Positions 45,474 through 53,803 of a DNA stretch of 64,000 nt are shown piece after piece (within the stretch, counting starts at the first letter, position 1; every line of letters starts with the position of its first letter). This DNA comes from a virus: positions 15,192 through 79,191 of the IMG/VR virus record IMGVR_UViG_3300050821_002957. One strand, written 5' to 3'. Below the pieces are notes generated by a model. That model was not told where the DNA came from and did not search any database. It saw only the letters and a list, made by a program, of their open reading frames with translations. A program made the translations under genes and the position numbers.

Positions 45474-46394
45474 ATGGCAACGCATACTAAACCATCCACT
45501 CCCGATACGAACGCTGCTTCTTACCGAGCGTTCAAAACTGTAACCCTTAGCCTGAACGGTATCACCACTTTCCCGGCCAAACTGATTTCTGCGACGAGCG
45601 AAGAAAAGTCTCCCTTCCGACTCTGCGTAGTAAAGGACGGCAAGGCGCTTCCGGTCAGCCAGTTTTACACCGCAGACAACAAGGAATATTTTCCCATCGG
45701 CCAACTTGGTCGTGCAATTGAAATGGGGGAATCTCTAATTCCTCTGACTGCTGAGGAAATCTCCAGCACGAAAAAAATCGACGAAGAAGATGTGGATCAC
45801 GCCAAGAAATCTTTGATCGAACTGACGAGCTTCGTACCGTTGGCGCAGGTTGATCCGGTGTTTTTCCTCAATGGTTACGTAATTCTGCCGAATTTGGACA
45901 CAAAGGGCAAAGGCAATCCTCAGGCGGCGAATCTGTATCACATTCTGCTGCGTGCCCTGCTCAAGTCTGGGCGTGTCGGTGTCGCCAAGATGTACGACCG
46001 TGATCGTGAGTACAACATCATCGTTCGTCCAAGCACCGATGGCAAACGGTTGATGCTCCATACGATCTACACCAGCAATGAAGTGCGTGTGATTGATGTT
46101 CCTTCTCCCACCGTCATTGTGGATGAAATGCTAGTTGACCAGGGTGTCGAACTAATTTCCCTGAATTTTTCCAACTTCGATGCCACGTCGGTGTTTTCTC
46201 AGACGGACAACGCTGTTGCTTCTCTCGTCGCTCGCAAGAAAGCCGAAGCGAATGGCGAGACGGTTCCCGATACCCCTCACAAGACTTCGACTACCAACGT
46301 CGGCAGTTCTTTGCTGGATTCGTTGACGGCTTCCGTGAACATGGCGAAGGCGAAGAAAGCCACGCCTGCCACCACCACTACAGCGTCGGCGTAG
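45474..46394 (+). CDS. ku: Ku-domain DNA end-binding protein homologue
   Basis: YRAFKTVTLSLNGITTFPAKLISATSE, ...FVPLAQVDPVFFLNGYVILP..., ...LYHILLRALLKSGRVGVAKMYDRDREYNIIVRP...RLMLHTIYTSNEVR align with the bacterial Ku core (e.g. Mt-Ku RAIWTGSIAFGLVNVPVKVYSATAD, ...VDPMMFDRSYFLEP..., ...VLLAKTLAETDRMAIVHFTLRNKTRLAALR...VMMVHTLLWPDEIR). Confidence 0.75.
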   Translation: MATHTKPSTPDTNAASYRAFKTVTLSLNGITTFPAKLISATSEEKSPFRLCVVKDGKALPVSQFYTADNKEYFPIGQLGRAIEMGESLIPLTAEEISSTKKIDEEDVDHAKKSLIELTSFVPLAQVDPVFFLNGYVILPNLDTKGKGNPQAANLYHILLRALLKSGRVGVAKMYDRDREYNIIVRPSTDGKRLMLHTIYTSNEVRVIDVPSPTVIVDEMLVDQGVELISLNFSNFDATSVFSQTDNAVASLVARKKAEANGETVPDTPHKTSTTNVGSSLLDSLTASVNMAKAKKATPATTTTASA

Positions 46395-46420
46395 TTTTTT
46401 CTCTCTCCTGTTTTGAAAAG

Positions 46421-46449
46421 AAGCGGCCCCTAAAAAAGGCCGCTTTTTT
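46421..46449 (+). terminator. rho-independent terminator after the Ku gene
   Basis: AAGCGGCC-cctaaaaaa-GGCCGCTT 8-bp stem followed by TTTTTT. Confidence 0.7.
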
Positions 46450-46460
46450 AGATGTATCTA

Positions 46461-46489
46461 TTGACATTGGTGACTGGGTTTGGTAAGAT
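46461..46489 (+). promoter_or_regulatory. sigma70-like promoter (cTATTGACA, 17 nt, TAAGAT); ATG 7 nt downstream (leaderless); AGATGTATCTA motif immediately upstream of the -35
   Basis: TTGACA 46461-46466; TAAGAT 46484-46489; ATG at 46496. Confidence 0.6.
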
Positions 46490-46495
46490 TGGATT

Positions 46496-46954
46496 ATGCA
46501 AACGACACATTTCCCCGCTCCTCCGAAATCGATCCCGGCTCATCTCCTCCCCAAAACAAAAATGACCAAACGAGACCGAGAGTTTCAAGTCATCTACAAT
46601 GAGGCTCGAATCGCTGGCCTAGAGGCCGGTCGTACTTGCGGTGTCGTGCCAATGGTTGTCGAGCAGCACGCCAACCCCGCAAATGATGCATCACCAGTTA
46701 CACAGTCATGGTTCGTCGAGGGCGGCGTCTGCGGTTTCGCCTGGATCAAAATCAAACCGGCAAATTCTCCCTTTGCAAATTGGCTGAAGAAAAACGGCCA
46801 TGTTCGACCGGGCGCAGCGTATGACGGTGGCGTCAATGTGTGGGTGAAAGATTTCGGCCAGTCCATGCAGCGCAAAGAGGCATTTGCTTATGCCTTCGCC
46901 GACGTGTTGAACAAAGCTGGAATCAAGGCTTACGCCCAAAGTCGGATGGACTAA
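46496..46954 (+). CDS. hypothetical early protein
   Basis: Leaderless ATG set by the promoter geometry. No confident family assignment; conserved-looking C-terminus GVCGFAWIKIKP...WLKKNG. Confidence 0.45.
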   Translation: MQTTHFPAPPKSIPAHLLPKTKMTKRDREFQVIYNEARIAGLEAGRTCGVVPMVVEQHANPANDASPVTQSWFVEGGVCGFAWIKIKPANSPFANWLKKNGHVRPGAAYDGGVNVWVKDFGQSMQRKEAFAYAFADVLNKAGIKAYAQSRMD

Positions 46955-46955
46955 T

Positions 46956-47489
46956 ATGGACCTCGAAAAAGCATTCTTTGCCATTCAAGATCAACTTCGT
47001 ATCGCCGAGATGGAATACACCAAAACTCAACTTGGTCTCCGTCAAGAGGTTGAACGAAACATCAATCGCTTCATGGCTACTCTTGACATCACGAAAACTG
47101 TCGCCGATCTACGTGAGGCCCATGTCAAAGCGGGAAAACTCATGATTGAAGAGAAGGAACGCAAAGCACAGGCCGGGGAAAATGCACCGTACCCAATCGG
47201 CACCAAAATGAAATGCACGAAACTAGTTCGTCGTCATGGTCGTTATCGTGGCGACGAAACTACGATCTACGGCGTCGTCGAAGGCGTGACTCGTGATACA
47301 GTTTTGCCTATGACAATGGGATGCCGGTCGTGGCGTAAACCAGCCATCGGCAGCTACATCGTTCGTATTCTGAAAGCTGATGGGACACCTGGGAAAAATT
47401 TTGAAGAACTTTATGATCGCTGGACTCCGATGGACGAAACCATCCAGCGCAACGTGCCGGTTCTTCAAGTCACAGAGGAAATGCTTTAA
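46956..47489 (+). CDS. hypothetical protein
   Basis: TAATATG coupling to the previous gene. Confidence 0.45.
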   Translation: MDLEKAFFAIQDQLRIAEMEYTKTQLGLRQEVERNINRFMATLDITKTVADLREAHVKAGKLMIEEKERKAQAGENAPYPIGTKMKCTKLVRRHGRYRGDETTIYGVVEGVTRDTVLPMTMGCRSWRKPAIGSYIVRILKADGTPGKNFEELYDRWTPMDETIQRNVPVLQVTEEML

Positions 47490-47491
47490 CT

Positions 47492-47698
47492 ATGACACCA
47501 GCACTTACCGAATACCTTAAGACCGATTATCTGACCATTCTCGATCATCCGGCGCTTTCTCTCGACATGAAAGTCGGCTACCTGATGGCCGTCGTCAACA
47601 TCGATCCGGCTGCACACGGAGCGTCTCATCTACCTTTACGGGAACTTGCAAAGGCTATGAGAACGTTCGTCAGTGCATACACGACAGGAAGCTGGTAA
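47492..47698 (+). CDS. hypothetical small protein
   Basis: Start abuts the previous stop (TAACTATG coupling). Confidence 0.35.
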   Translation: MTPALTEYLKTDYLTILDHPALSLDMKVGYLMAVVNIDPAAHGASHLPLRELAKAMRTFVSAYTTGSW

Positions 47699-47699
47699 A

Positions 47700-47936
47700 A
47701 TGCTACTTCATTCCGAATTACAAGGCACACACGACGCCTACGGCCCAGCCATGACGATTCAGGAAATGCTTGACCTCCTGAGATCAATTCCACGGCAGGC
47801 TCGTCAAAATTACTTGTCGATGGTGGACAAAGATGGTAACATTGTCGATGTCACCGGGCTGCATTTTGCCCAGAGCGACCAAGCAGAGAAGTGGGAATTC
47901 AAAGTTTACGTCGTGACATCAAACAGCAAGGAATGA
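47700..47936 (+). CDS. hypothetical small protein (start at MLLHSELQG)
   Basis: ATG immediately after the previous stop. Confidence 0.35.
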   Translation: MLLHSELQGTHDAYGPAMTIQEMLDLLRSIPRQARQNYLSMVDKDGNIVDVTGLHFAQSDQAEKWEFKVYVVTSNSKE

Positions 47937-47937
47937 C

Positions 47938-48411
47938 ATGAAAAAATTATCCAAAGTCCATCTGAACAATCGAGACATCGTTACGGCAGCATTGCGTGAA
48001 ACCTTACAGACGTTCACTGAGGCGGTCGGTGAATACAATACAGAAGAGCAAGAGGCATTTGAGGTTCTTCAGACTGCCATCACTGCCTACAATGAACGCA
48101 TGGTCGAAGCCTGGGAAAAGGTCGAAACAGCACAGACGGCGCACAACGAATCGATAGACGCCGCCAATGAGTGGATGGGCCAGATTGTTTCAGACATCGA
48201 CGAATACATGTCGGGCAAGTCTGAAAAATGGCAAGACGGTGACGCAGCACAGGCGTACTCTGAATGGAAAGCTGCGTTTGAAGAAGACCTCGAACAAGAA
48301 GACATGGAACAACCGGAACAAATCGAAATCGAACAACCGGATGAACTCTCTCTTAACAGCGACGAAGATCCGGCTGATAAACTGGAACAACTACCCGAAG
48401 AATTGGGATGA
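47938..48411 (+). CDS. very acidic helical protein (candidate DNA mimic / anti-restriction type protein)
   Basis: 157 aa with an Asp/Glu-rich C-terminal half (EEDLEQEDMEQPEQIEIEQPDE); AAGGAATGAC Shine-Dalgarno-like sequence. Confidence 0.4.
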   Translation: MKKLSKVHLNNRDIVTAALRETLQTFTEAVGEYNTEEQEAFEVLQTAITAYNERMVEAWEKVETAQTAHNESIDAANEWMGQIVSDIDEYMSGKSEKWQDGDAAQAYSEWKAAFEEDLEQEDMEQPEQIEIEQPDELSLNSDEDPADKLEQLPEELG

Positions 48412-48584
48412 TCTTTCAGAAGAGAAAAGACGGTCTGATTGAAGCCATCATTGCCTGGAAGAGCTATATTGTCGTTGGATATGGCTCTTCGGAAGAAAAG
48501 GCAGCGCTTAATGCATACCGAGCGATTTGCAACTCCATACTTGATTGACAAAAATCCAATCAATGCGACACTAAATACGCATTG

Positions 48585-49082
48585 GTGGATGATCGCATAC
48601 GTCAAAAACTCGCTAATCTAGTTCGTCTGGCGAAGCGACCCGGTAACCCTCATGAGGGCGAAGCCGCTCGACTTGCTGCTATTCGACTGTCTCTGAAATA
48701 TGGGATAGCGTGTGAATTTACTGCAAGCGGTACAAATCATACCAGTACTCGACCCACAGCGAGTGCGCCGCCGCAAAGTTCGACACAGGAGACCCCTGTT
48801 TCTGACGATGTGATCTTCTACCAATGGATCAAAGCTCTAGCCAAACTTGGTTGGGGAATCCACGACTGCATCGACACCAAAATTGGACGCCAGATAAAAT
48901 TCCGCAAAGCTGGTTACAATTCTGAATTACGAGTCACACAGAGGGCCAAGGGCAACGGTCAAGACTTTGAGGCCGAGCACATTAAACGTCCTGATTCAAT
49001 CAATGGCGAGGATGTTTCCTTTTGCATTTTTATGACGATCCATCTTGGCGAACTCATCCGGCATATTTCATACACTAAATAG
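48585..49082 (+). CDS. DUF2786-like protein (N-terminal RIRKLLALAE-type motif); GTG/TTG start
   Basis: VDDRIRQKLANLVRLAKRPGNPHEGEAARLAAIRL; the plus-strand late-type CACTAAATACGC motif at 48569-48580 lies 8 nt upstream. Confidence 0.4.
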   Translation: MDDRIRQKLANLVRLAKRPGNPHEGEAARLAAIRLSLKYGIACEFTASGTNHTSTRPTASAPPQSSTQETPVSDDVIFYQWIKALAKLGWGIHDCIDTKIGRQIKFRKAGYNSELRVTQRAKGNGQDFEAEHIKRPDSINGEDVSFCIFMTIHLGELIRHISYTK

Positions 49083-49086
49083 CATC

Positions 49087-49347
49087 ATGAAATCCAAGTC
49101 TCTAATCCTTTGGGCAGCGATCCTTTTCGCATTGGGGCGCATATTCATTACGCCTCGCCTGACGAACATTCCCACGGTGACGGGAACTTACGAATCACTG
49201 GCGCATTTGTTTGTTGGCTTTTTGATCCTCGTGCCCTTCTATGATCGTAAAGAAGAGCTTGGACCTTCCAAATTGTACGGTTGGATCGGCTGGGGACTAG
49301 CGAGCGGGGAAGCCGTCTGGTTTGCGGTACAAAAAATCCACGGATAA
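49087..49347 (+). CDS. small membrane protein (two predicted transmembrane helices)
   Basis: MKSKSLILWAAILFALGRIFITP...; ACTAAATAG motif 5 nt upstream of the ATG. Confidence 0.4.
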   Translation: MKSKSLILWAAILFALGRIFITPRLTNIPTVTGTYESLAHLFVGFLILVPFYDRKEELGPSKLYGWIGWGLASGEAVWFAVQKIHG

Positions 49348-49354
49348 ATAGGGC

Positions 49355-49867
49355 ATGAAACTGAGAGCCGTATTACCATTCTTGCTTTTACCCCTCCTTC
49401 TCGTATCATCATCCCTATCTGTTGCTGATTCCGAAGCTGCCTCACCACAAGTCATTATGATGATGTATCATCGTGCGTATCCAAAGTACGTACCAGAACA
49501 CATCACACCAGAATTTCTGAAAGAAAAACATGAATTAGAACAGGTCTACAAAAAGTGGGCTGTAATCTTTCATATGGAAGATTGGAATACAGAAGTGACG
49601 CCGGTCCCGCTTTCCTTCCTTAAAGAATTTTGTCCGTCTGAATGTTTTGCCGGAAGCAACTGGAACATCTATGACGAAAGCGGTGTAATGTTCATTCTCC
49701 AACGATCAGAATACACTAACGAAATGAAAAAGAGTTTGCGTCAGCGACATGTAAGTATCTGGTCTGATCAACGAAACAGCGTTCTTCATGAAATTCTTCA
49801 CAATGTAATTGAACATGGATACGAAGAAGCCGTAGTCAGCACACTTGCAAATTTGTTGAATCCCTGA
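49355..49867 (+). CDS. secreted protein with a Sec signal peptide
   Basis: MKLRAVLPFLLLPLLLVSSSLSVADS; GGATAAATAGGGC motif 4 nt upstream of the ATG. Confidence 0.45.
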   Translation: MKLRAVLPFLLLPLLLVSSSLSVADSEAASPQVIMMMYHRAYPKYVPEHITPEFLKEKHELEQVYKKWAVIFHMEDWNTEVTPVPLSFLKEFCPSECFAGSNWNIYDESGVMFILQRSEYTNEMKKSLRQRHVSIWSDQRNSVLHEILHNVIEHGYEEAVVSTLANLLNP

Positions 49868-49879
49868 TAAGCTCGCTAA

Positions 49880-50704
49880 ATGGGCGTAGACGCACGTATT
49901 CTCCTTAAAATCACCGATTCTGCCGCATGGCTCGATGCAGCACAACTTAGGAACATCTCAGCTAGGCTTACTGAGGCCATCGGCTACGACCACTTCTTCA
50001 TCGATACAGATGAAGATCGTCATGCAATTTCATTTGTAATCGACGAGAACAAAAAGTATCCCGCCGACTATGAACAGGAACCCGGCAAACCTTTCGATCC
50101 GACTGGTCCTGCGGTCTACGGACAAGATTCCAATGAAGAACCATATTTGATCGCCAAACCGAACGAACAATTTCTTGAAGTGCATCTATTCTCTCGATAC
50201 TACGGTGAAGACTATGCTCGTGGGGATTGGCCGATGATCTACTTCACGCTGATGTGGTGCTTTCACAATATTCCTCATTGTGAAGTCTGGTACGGTGGTG
50301 ATTCCAGCGGTTGTCTCATGGAACACATGACAGTGGAACGTATGGTCGAAGTGACAAAATTCTTTTTGACAACAGGCTACAAGACATATCGCACTTACGC
50401 CCGAGACCATGAATACATCTGTGAATTTTGTAAGGTCATAGCTATTAGGTCTGGTGGCGGTGGTGGGACAGATTTTTATTCATGCGATTCCTGCGGCCAA
50501 CATTGGAACATCGAACATGTAGGTGCATTCAAACGTTTGGTGACCCGGTTTGGAGATGAGCCGACCGACGACAAACACGACAACAAAATCCCGTCGTTTA
50601 CGATGTCCCAACAAATGCGAGAAGGAAAACGCACACTCTATCCATTCGATGGCATTTTCCGCAAAAGATACGCTCCAAAGGTTGAAAAACAGACCGTTCA
50701 ATAG
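49880..50704 (+). CDS. hypothetical protein with a C-terminal Cys cluster
   Basis: CEFCKV...SCDSCGQHW. Confidence 0.45.
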   Translation: MGVDARILLKITDSAAWLDAAQLRNISARLTEAIGYDHFFIDTDEDRHAISFVIDENKKYPADYEQEPGKPFDPTGPAVYGQDSNEEPYLIAKPNEQFLEVHLFSRYYGEDYARGDWPMIYFTLMWCFHNIPHCEVWYGGDSSGCLMEHMTVERMVEVTKFFLTTGYKTYRTYARDHEYICEFCKVIAIRSGGGGGTDFYSCDSCGQHWNIEHVGAFKRLVTRFGDEPTDDKHDNKIPSFTMSQQMREGKRTLYPFDGIFRKRYAPKVEKQTVQ

Positions 50705-50724
50705 CTCCTATCTGATAGTGCCAC

Positions 50725-50753
50725 TTGACTTTAGCAGCAAAGTGTGGTAAGAT
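50725..50753 (+). promoter_or_regulatory. sigma70-like promoter (TTGACT, 17 nt, TAAGAT) with an AGATGTATCTA motif overlapping the -10; the downstream gene has a conventional AAGGAG leader
   Basis: TTGACT 50725-50730; TAAGAT 50748-50753; ATG at 50786. Confidence 0.55.
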
Positions 50754-50785
50754 GTATCTAGTGGCGCATCTCAGAAAGGAGCAAT

Positions 50786-51286
50786 ATGCTGCTAAAAAAT
50801 ACATCCCAGTACAGTGATCAGATAGTACGGTTCATCGTCAAGCACGCCGCCAGCACTATCGATATAAGCAACGTTGCAATCAACGTCAAGAATTCTACTC
50901 ATCGGTACGCTGGTCGAGCATTTCCGTACATTCCTTCTGAATCACCTTGGCGGGGAACTCCGAAGGCTCGATACCTGATCGTCTGTCGTGTCGGTGGGCC
51001 AAAATTATTCCCCTATCAATGCAAAGGATACCCCGGACGCAAAATTGAAAATGGTCGCTGGCCGACGCCTTTGCTCGCCGATTGGATGGAATGCATGGTC
51101 ATGTTGGTTGCTCATGAACTTTTTCACATTCAGCAATTCCGTGTGAAAGCTCGATGCACCGAACTCGAAACTGAAGCCTTCGGAATGCGCCGCCTGGAAG
51201 CGTGGAGAGAGCTTGTCGCTGCTGGGAAGGTGCCGAGCCTGCCTCTTCAAACGAACGGCTGTAGCGTCTCAGAAGCGCAAGAATGA
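50786..51286 (+). CDS. hypothetical protein with an HExxH motif (possible zinc metallopeptidase)
   Basis: MLVAHELFHIQQF, followed by Glu residues about 20 aa downstream. Confidence 0.4.
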   Translation: MLLKNTSQYSDQIVRFIVKHAASTIDISNVAINVKNSTHRYAGRAFPYIPSESPWRGTPKARYLIVCRVGGPKLFPYQCKGYPGRKIENGRWPTPLLADWMECMVMLVAHELFHIQQFRVKARCTELETEAFGMRRLEAWRELVAAGKVPSLPLQTNGCSVSEAQE

Positions 51287-51420
51287 GGTATTGGCTGCGA
51301 AGCTCGAACATTGCCAAGCCATGCTCCAAAAGAACACGACCAAAATGAAACGTGCCGAGACCATCGTCAAAAAGTGGCGCACCAAAGTCCGATACTACGA
51401 AAAAAAGATTGATACATCTA

Positions 51421-51449
51421 TTGACATCTCGGTCTGAAGTTGCTATCAT
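51421..51449 (+). promoter_or_regulatory. sigma70-like promoter (TGATACATCTATTGACA, 17 nt, TATCAT); ATG 8 nt downstream (leaderless)
   Basis: TTGACA 51421-51426; TATCAT 51444-51449; ATG at 51457. Confidence 0.55.
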
Positions 51450-51456
51450 AGGTTTA

Positions 51457-51576
51457 ATGAAACGCAACGGACACCAAATCAAAAAGATCGGTTACACTCG
51501 CAAGGGCTGGAGCAAAAACTATGCTATCCGTGCCGACCGCCGCAACGGGAAAGCCGCTGCCAAGGACACCAACTAA
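51457..51576 (+). CDS. small basic protein (39 aa)
   Basis: MKRNGHQIKKIGYTRKGWSKNYAIRADRRNGKAAAKDTN; the only ATG at leaderless distance from the promoter. Confidence 0.3.
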   Translation: MKRNGHQIKKIGYTRKGWSKNYAIRADRRNGKAAAKDTN

Positions 51577-51577
51577 C

Positions 51578-51766
51578 ATGAACAACTTCACCAAACCCTT
51601 CATTGTTTGGTCGATTGGTGATTTTGAAGGATGGATTCCGCAAGAATTCGAGTCCCAGGAAGCCATCGTCGAAGCGATCAAGAAGGGCGAAATCCGTGGT
51701 GAATACGCCGTAACTCGATTAATGCCGGTCAAGGTCACCGTCGATTTGCAAGACTGTGTACGATAA
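51578..51766 (+). CDS. hypothetical small protein (start MNNFTKP)
   Basis: TAACATG coupling. Confidence 0.35.
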   Translation: MNNFTKPFIVWSIGDFEGWIPQEFESQEAIVEAIKKGEIRGEYAVTRLMPVKVTVDLQDCVR

Positions 51767-51776
51767 AGGAAAAACC

Positions 51777-51941
51777 ATGCAACCAACCATTCGTGAATCT
51801 CTTAAAAACGCTTTGGAAGCCCTGAAATCCTCAGGCTTCCCTCCGGGCGGCGCAGTGTACGACGATCTGAACCAAGTTCTTCTCGATTTGGGCAACGAAG
51901 ATATGTATGGGACGCTGCTTGAAGATCAGTTGACGGCATAA
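51777..51941 (+). CDS. hypothetical small protein (start MQPTIRE)
   Basis: AAAGGAAAAACC Shine-Dalgarno-like sequence. Confidence 0.35.
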   Translation: MQPTIRESLKNALEALKSSGFPPGGAVYDDLNQVLLDLGNEDMYGTLLEDQLTA

Positions 51942-51957
51942 AAGATACATCTACCCA

Positions 51958-51986
51958 TTGACACCAAACAGAGAAATTGGTACACT
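51958..51986 (+). promoter_or_regulatory. sigma70-like promoter (AGATACATCTAcccaTTGACA, 17 nt, TACACT); ATG 7 nt downstream (leaderless)
   Basis: TTGACA 51958-51963; TACACT 51981-51986; ATG at 51993. Confidence 0.55.
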
Positions 51987-51992
51987 TTACTC

Positions 51993-52238
51993 ATGGGACT
52001 TGGAAACAACAGAGATTATGTCAAGAGCGAACGGAAGATCAAATGCCGTCTCGCTGTCCTCGCACAAAGAACAAAGGAATTGACGGACACTGGCATGGGC
52101 TATGGCACTGCGTTCCGGCAAGCATCCGCAGGACTCAATGCTGGTGAACTGGGAGACCGACTCAAAGCCTGGGTCGATCCGGTCCTAAAGCACAAACGTG
52201 AAATCCGTGCGGCACGAAAGGCGGCAGAAAATGACTAA
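51993..52238 (+). CDS. hypothetical small protein
   Basis: Leaderless geometry. Confidence 0.4.
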   Translation: MGLGNNRDYVKSERKIKCRLAVLAQRTKELTDTGMGYGTAFRQASAGLNAGELGDRLKAWVDPVLKHKREIRAARKAAEND

Positions 52239-52401
52239 GCTCCAACACGTTTCAATTTTGAAGAATGGTCTAAAACAATCCGTGATGACCGCCATCGAAG
52301 AAGCGGTTTTCAGCGGTCTCACACCAGAACAAGTCAGTGACGTTTTGACGGAACTGGGCTACGCTCCCAAACTGAATACGAACGAACTCCCGGCATACTA
52401 A
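52231..52401 (+). CDS. hypothetical small protein (start MTKLQHV)
   Basis: ATGA overlap. Confidence 0.35.
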   Translation: MTKLQHVSILKNGLKQSVMTAIEEAVFSGLTPEQVSDVLTELGYAPKLNTNELPAY

Positions 52402-52402
52402 C

Positions 52403-52594
52403 ATGAAACAATTTCTCCATCTTTCTCTTTCCGGCGACGAAGTTGCTGCGCTCATCATGATCACGCATCAAGCCAGCCAGACAACCTTCATGGATGCTAA
52501 GACCCGAGCCGCCGTCCAACAACTAGGCCAAAAAATCTACAACAAGGCTGGAGTGGACGTAGACAGCACCGACTTACCACTGGGAGATTTTTAA
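52403..52594 (+). CDS. hypothetical small protein
   Basis: TAACATG coupling. Confidence 0.35.
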   Translation: MKQFLHLSLSGDEVAALIMITHQASQTTFMDAKTRAAVQQLGQKIYNKAGVDVDSTDLPLGDF

Positions 52595-52920
52595 TGAAAA
52601 AGTGTCTGACCTGTGATCGCAAGCTGACGCCGCCGACAAGTGTGCCTCGATGGAACAGAGAAACACTGGCGGAATCAAGCCGCAAATTTTACGACGAACA
52701 AGTTGCCACACGCCAAACTGAAATCGCCGACGAAAAACTTGGTCTGTACGGCGAGAGTCAATTCTGCAACAAAGAATGTGCCGCTTTCTTCGGTCGCACT
52801 GCCGTCGCAATTTTCGCTCACATGGACTTCATGCCGCCGACCTTTGCCGAGCGCATCACCATGATTCAGAAACTTGCGGAGCGCATGTTCACCTGGGTTC
52901 GAGAACGGAAGACCAAATGA
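52594..52920 (+). CDS. zinc-ribbon-containing small protein
   Basis: CLTCDRK...CNKEC. Confidence 0.4.
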   Translation: MKKCLTCDRKLTPPTSVPRWNRETLAESSRKFYDEQVATRQTEIADEKLGLYGESQFCNKECAAFFGRTAVAIFAHMDFMPPTFAERITMIQKLAERMFTWVRERKTK

Positions 52921-53183
52921 CCCTCGCCGAAATAATGCCCTACGAATTCATTCGTGGTGAATACAACGATACACCTGCGTACTTGCTGAAAGACTGCCCG
53001 GTGAAGTCTGTTCACTGCATGGTCAAGGATGGTGAGCACTATAAGCGCTGGCCGGGACCGCACAAGAACGTTGTCACCTGGGTAGTGCTCGACAACGGCA
53101 AACTGGTAGGATGGAACGAAAACGTCGCTCGTGGCTGGAGCTTCCCGGTCCTTCCAGCACGACCGTGGTTGATCGAGGAATAA
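52917..53183 (+). CDS. hypothetical protein (start MTLAEIMPYEF)
   Basis: ATGA overlap. Confidence 0.4.
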   Translation: MTLAEIMPYEFIRGEYNDTPAYLLKDCPVKSVHCMVKDGEHYKRWPGPHKNVVTWVVLDNGKLVGWNENVARGWSFPVLPARPWLIEE

Positions 53184-53184
53184 A

Positions 53185-53412
53185 ATGGAACCAATCATCA
53201 TCACTGGCACTGTAGGAGACATCAGCACCGAAGATAGTGGCGCTGCGAAGATTGCCGATCTGGACGACGAAGAATCGACCGGCAGTCCTGAATTTTTCGT
53301 GCGCCTGCAAAGTTATAACGACAATTTTGATAGCACCGACAAGCAAATGCACCCGACGATGGATGCGCTGGCCGGAAAGAAAGTTCGCATCACCGTGGAG
53401 GTAATCGAATGA
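53185..53412 (+). CDS. hypothetical small acidic protein
   Basis: GAGGAATAAA Shine-Dalgarno-like sequence. Confidence 0.35.
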   Translation: MEPIIITGTVGDISTEDSGAAKIADLDDEESTGSPEFFVRLQSYNDNFDSTDKQMHPTMDALAGKKVRITVEVIE

Positions 53413-53586
53413 CCAAATTTTTTGTTATGTGGACCGGAGTGGTCGAAGTCGAAGCAGAGACACATAAAGACGCAGTTGCTTTGGTCAAGAATGATCCAGA
53501 GCGTGTGCTTCATGAAAGTCAATATGGTGCTTCAGATGGAATTACTAGTTACTCTGAGAAACCGGGGCCAATGGCATTCTCATGAA
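53409..53586 (+). CDS. hypothetical small protein (58 aa)
   Basis: ATGA overlap with its neighbours; below the track cutoff. Confidence 0.3.
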
Positions 53587-53803
53587 ACTCGTCCAAAAAA
53601 TGCACAAAGGCGAAATTTGCTGGTTCGCCATATTCGACAACTATCCTAGATGCAATTCTTGGCTTATCGGACGAGTCTGGAAGATGCCAACTGTAGCCGA
53701 TGCTATGCGAATTGTGAACGCTTGGAAAATTCTGGTGATCGATGGACGCCCGTATTACTTCGACAAATGGCGTACAAACACCCGGAAAGCATACGGCACA
53801 TAA
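53582..53803 (+). CDS. hypothetical small protein
   Basis: Last gene of the plus-strand block; ATGA overlap with the previous gene. Confidence 0.35.
   Translation: MKLVQKMHKGEICWFAIFDNYPRCNSWLIGRVWKMPTVADAMRIVNAWKILVIDGRPYYFDKWRTNTRKAYGT

Noticed and set aside
48545-48577. TTGACA at 48545 paired with TAAATA at 48572 as a sigma70 promoter
   Set aside because: The spacer would be 21 nt; the TAAATA is better interpreted as a plus-strand late-type CTAAATA motif.
51213-51437. 74-aa coiled-coil-like ORF overlapping the end of 50786-51286
   Set aside because: It is largely embedded in the preceding gene in another frame, lacks a ribosome-binding site, and the promoter at 51421-51449 points to the downstream 51457 start; probably not a gene.
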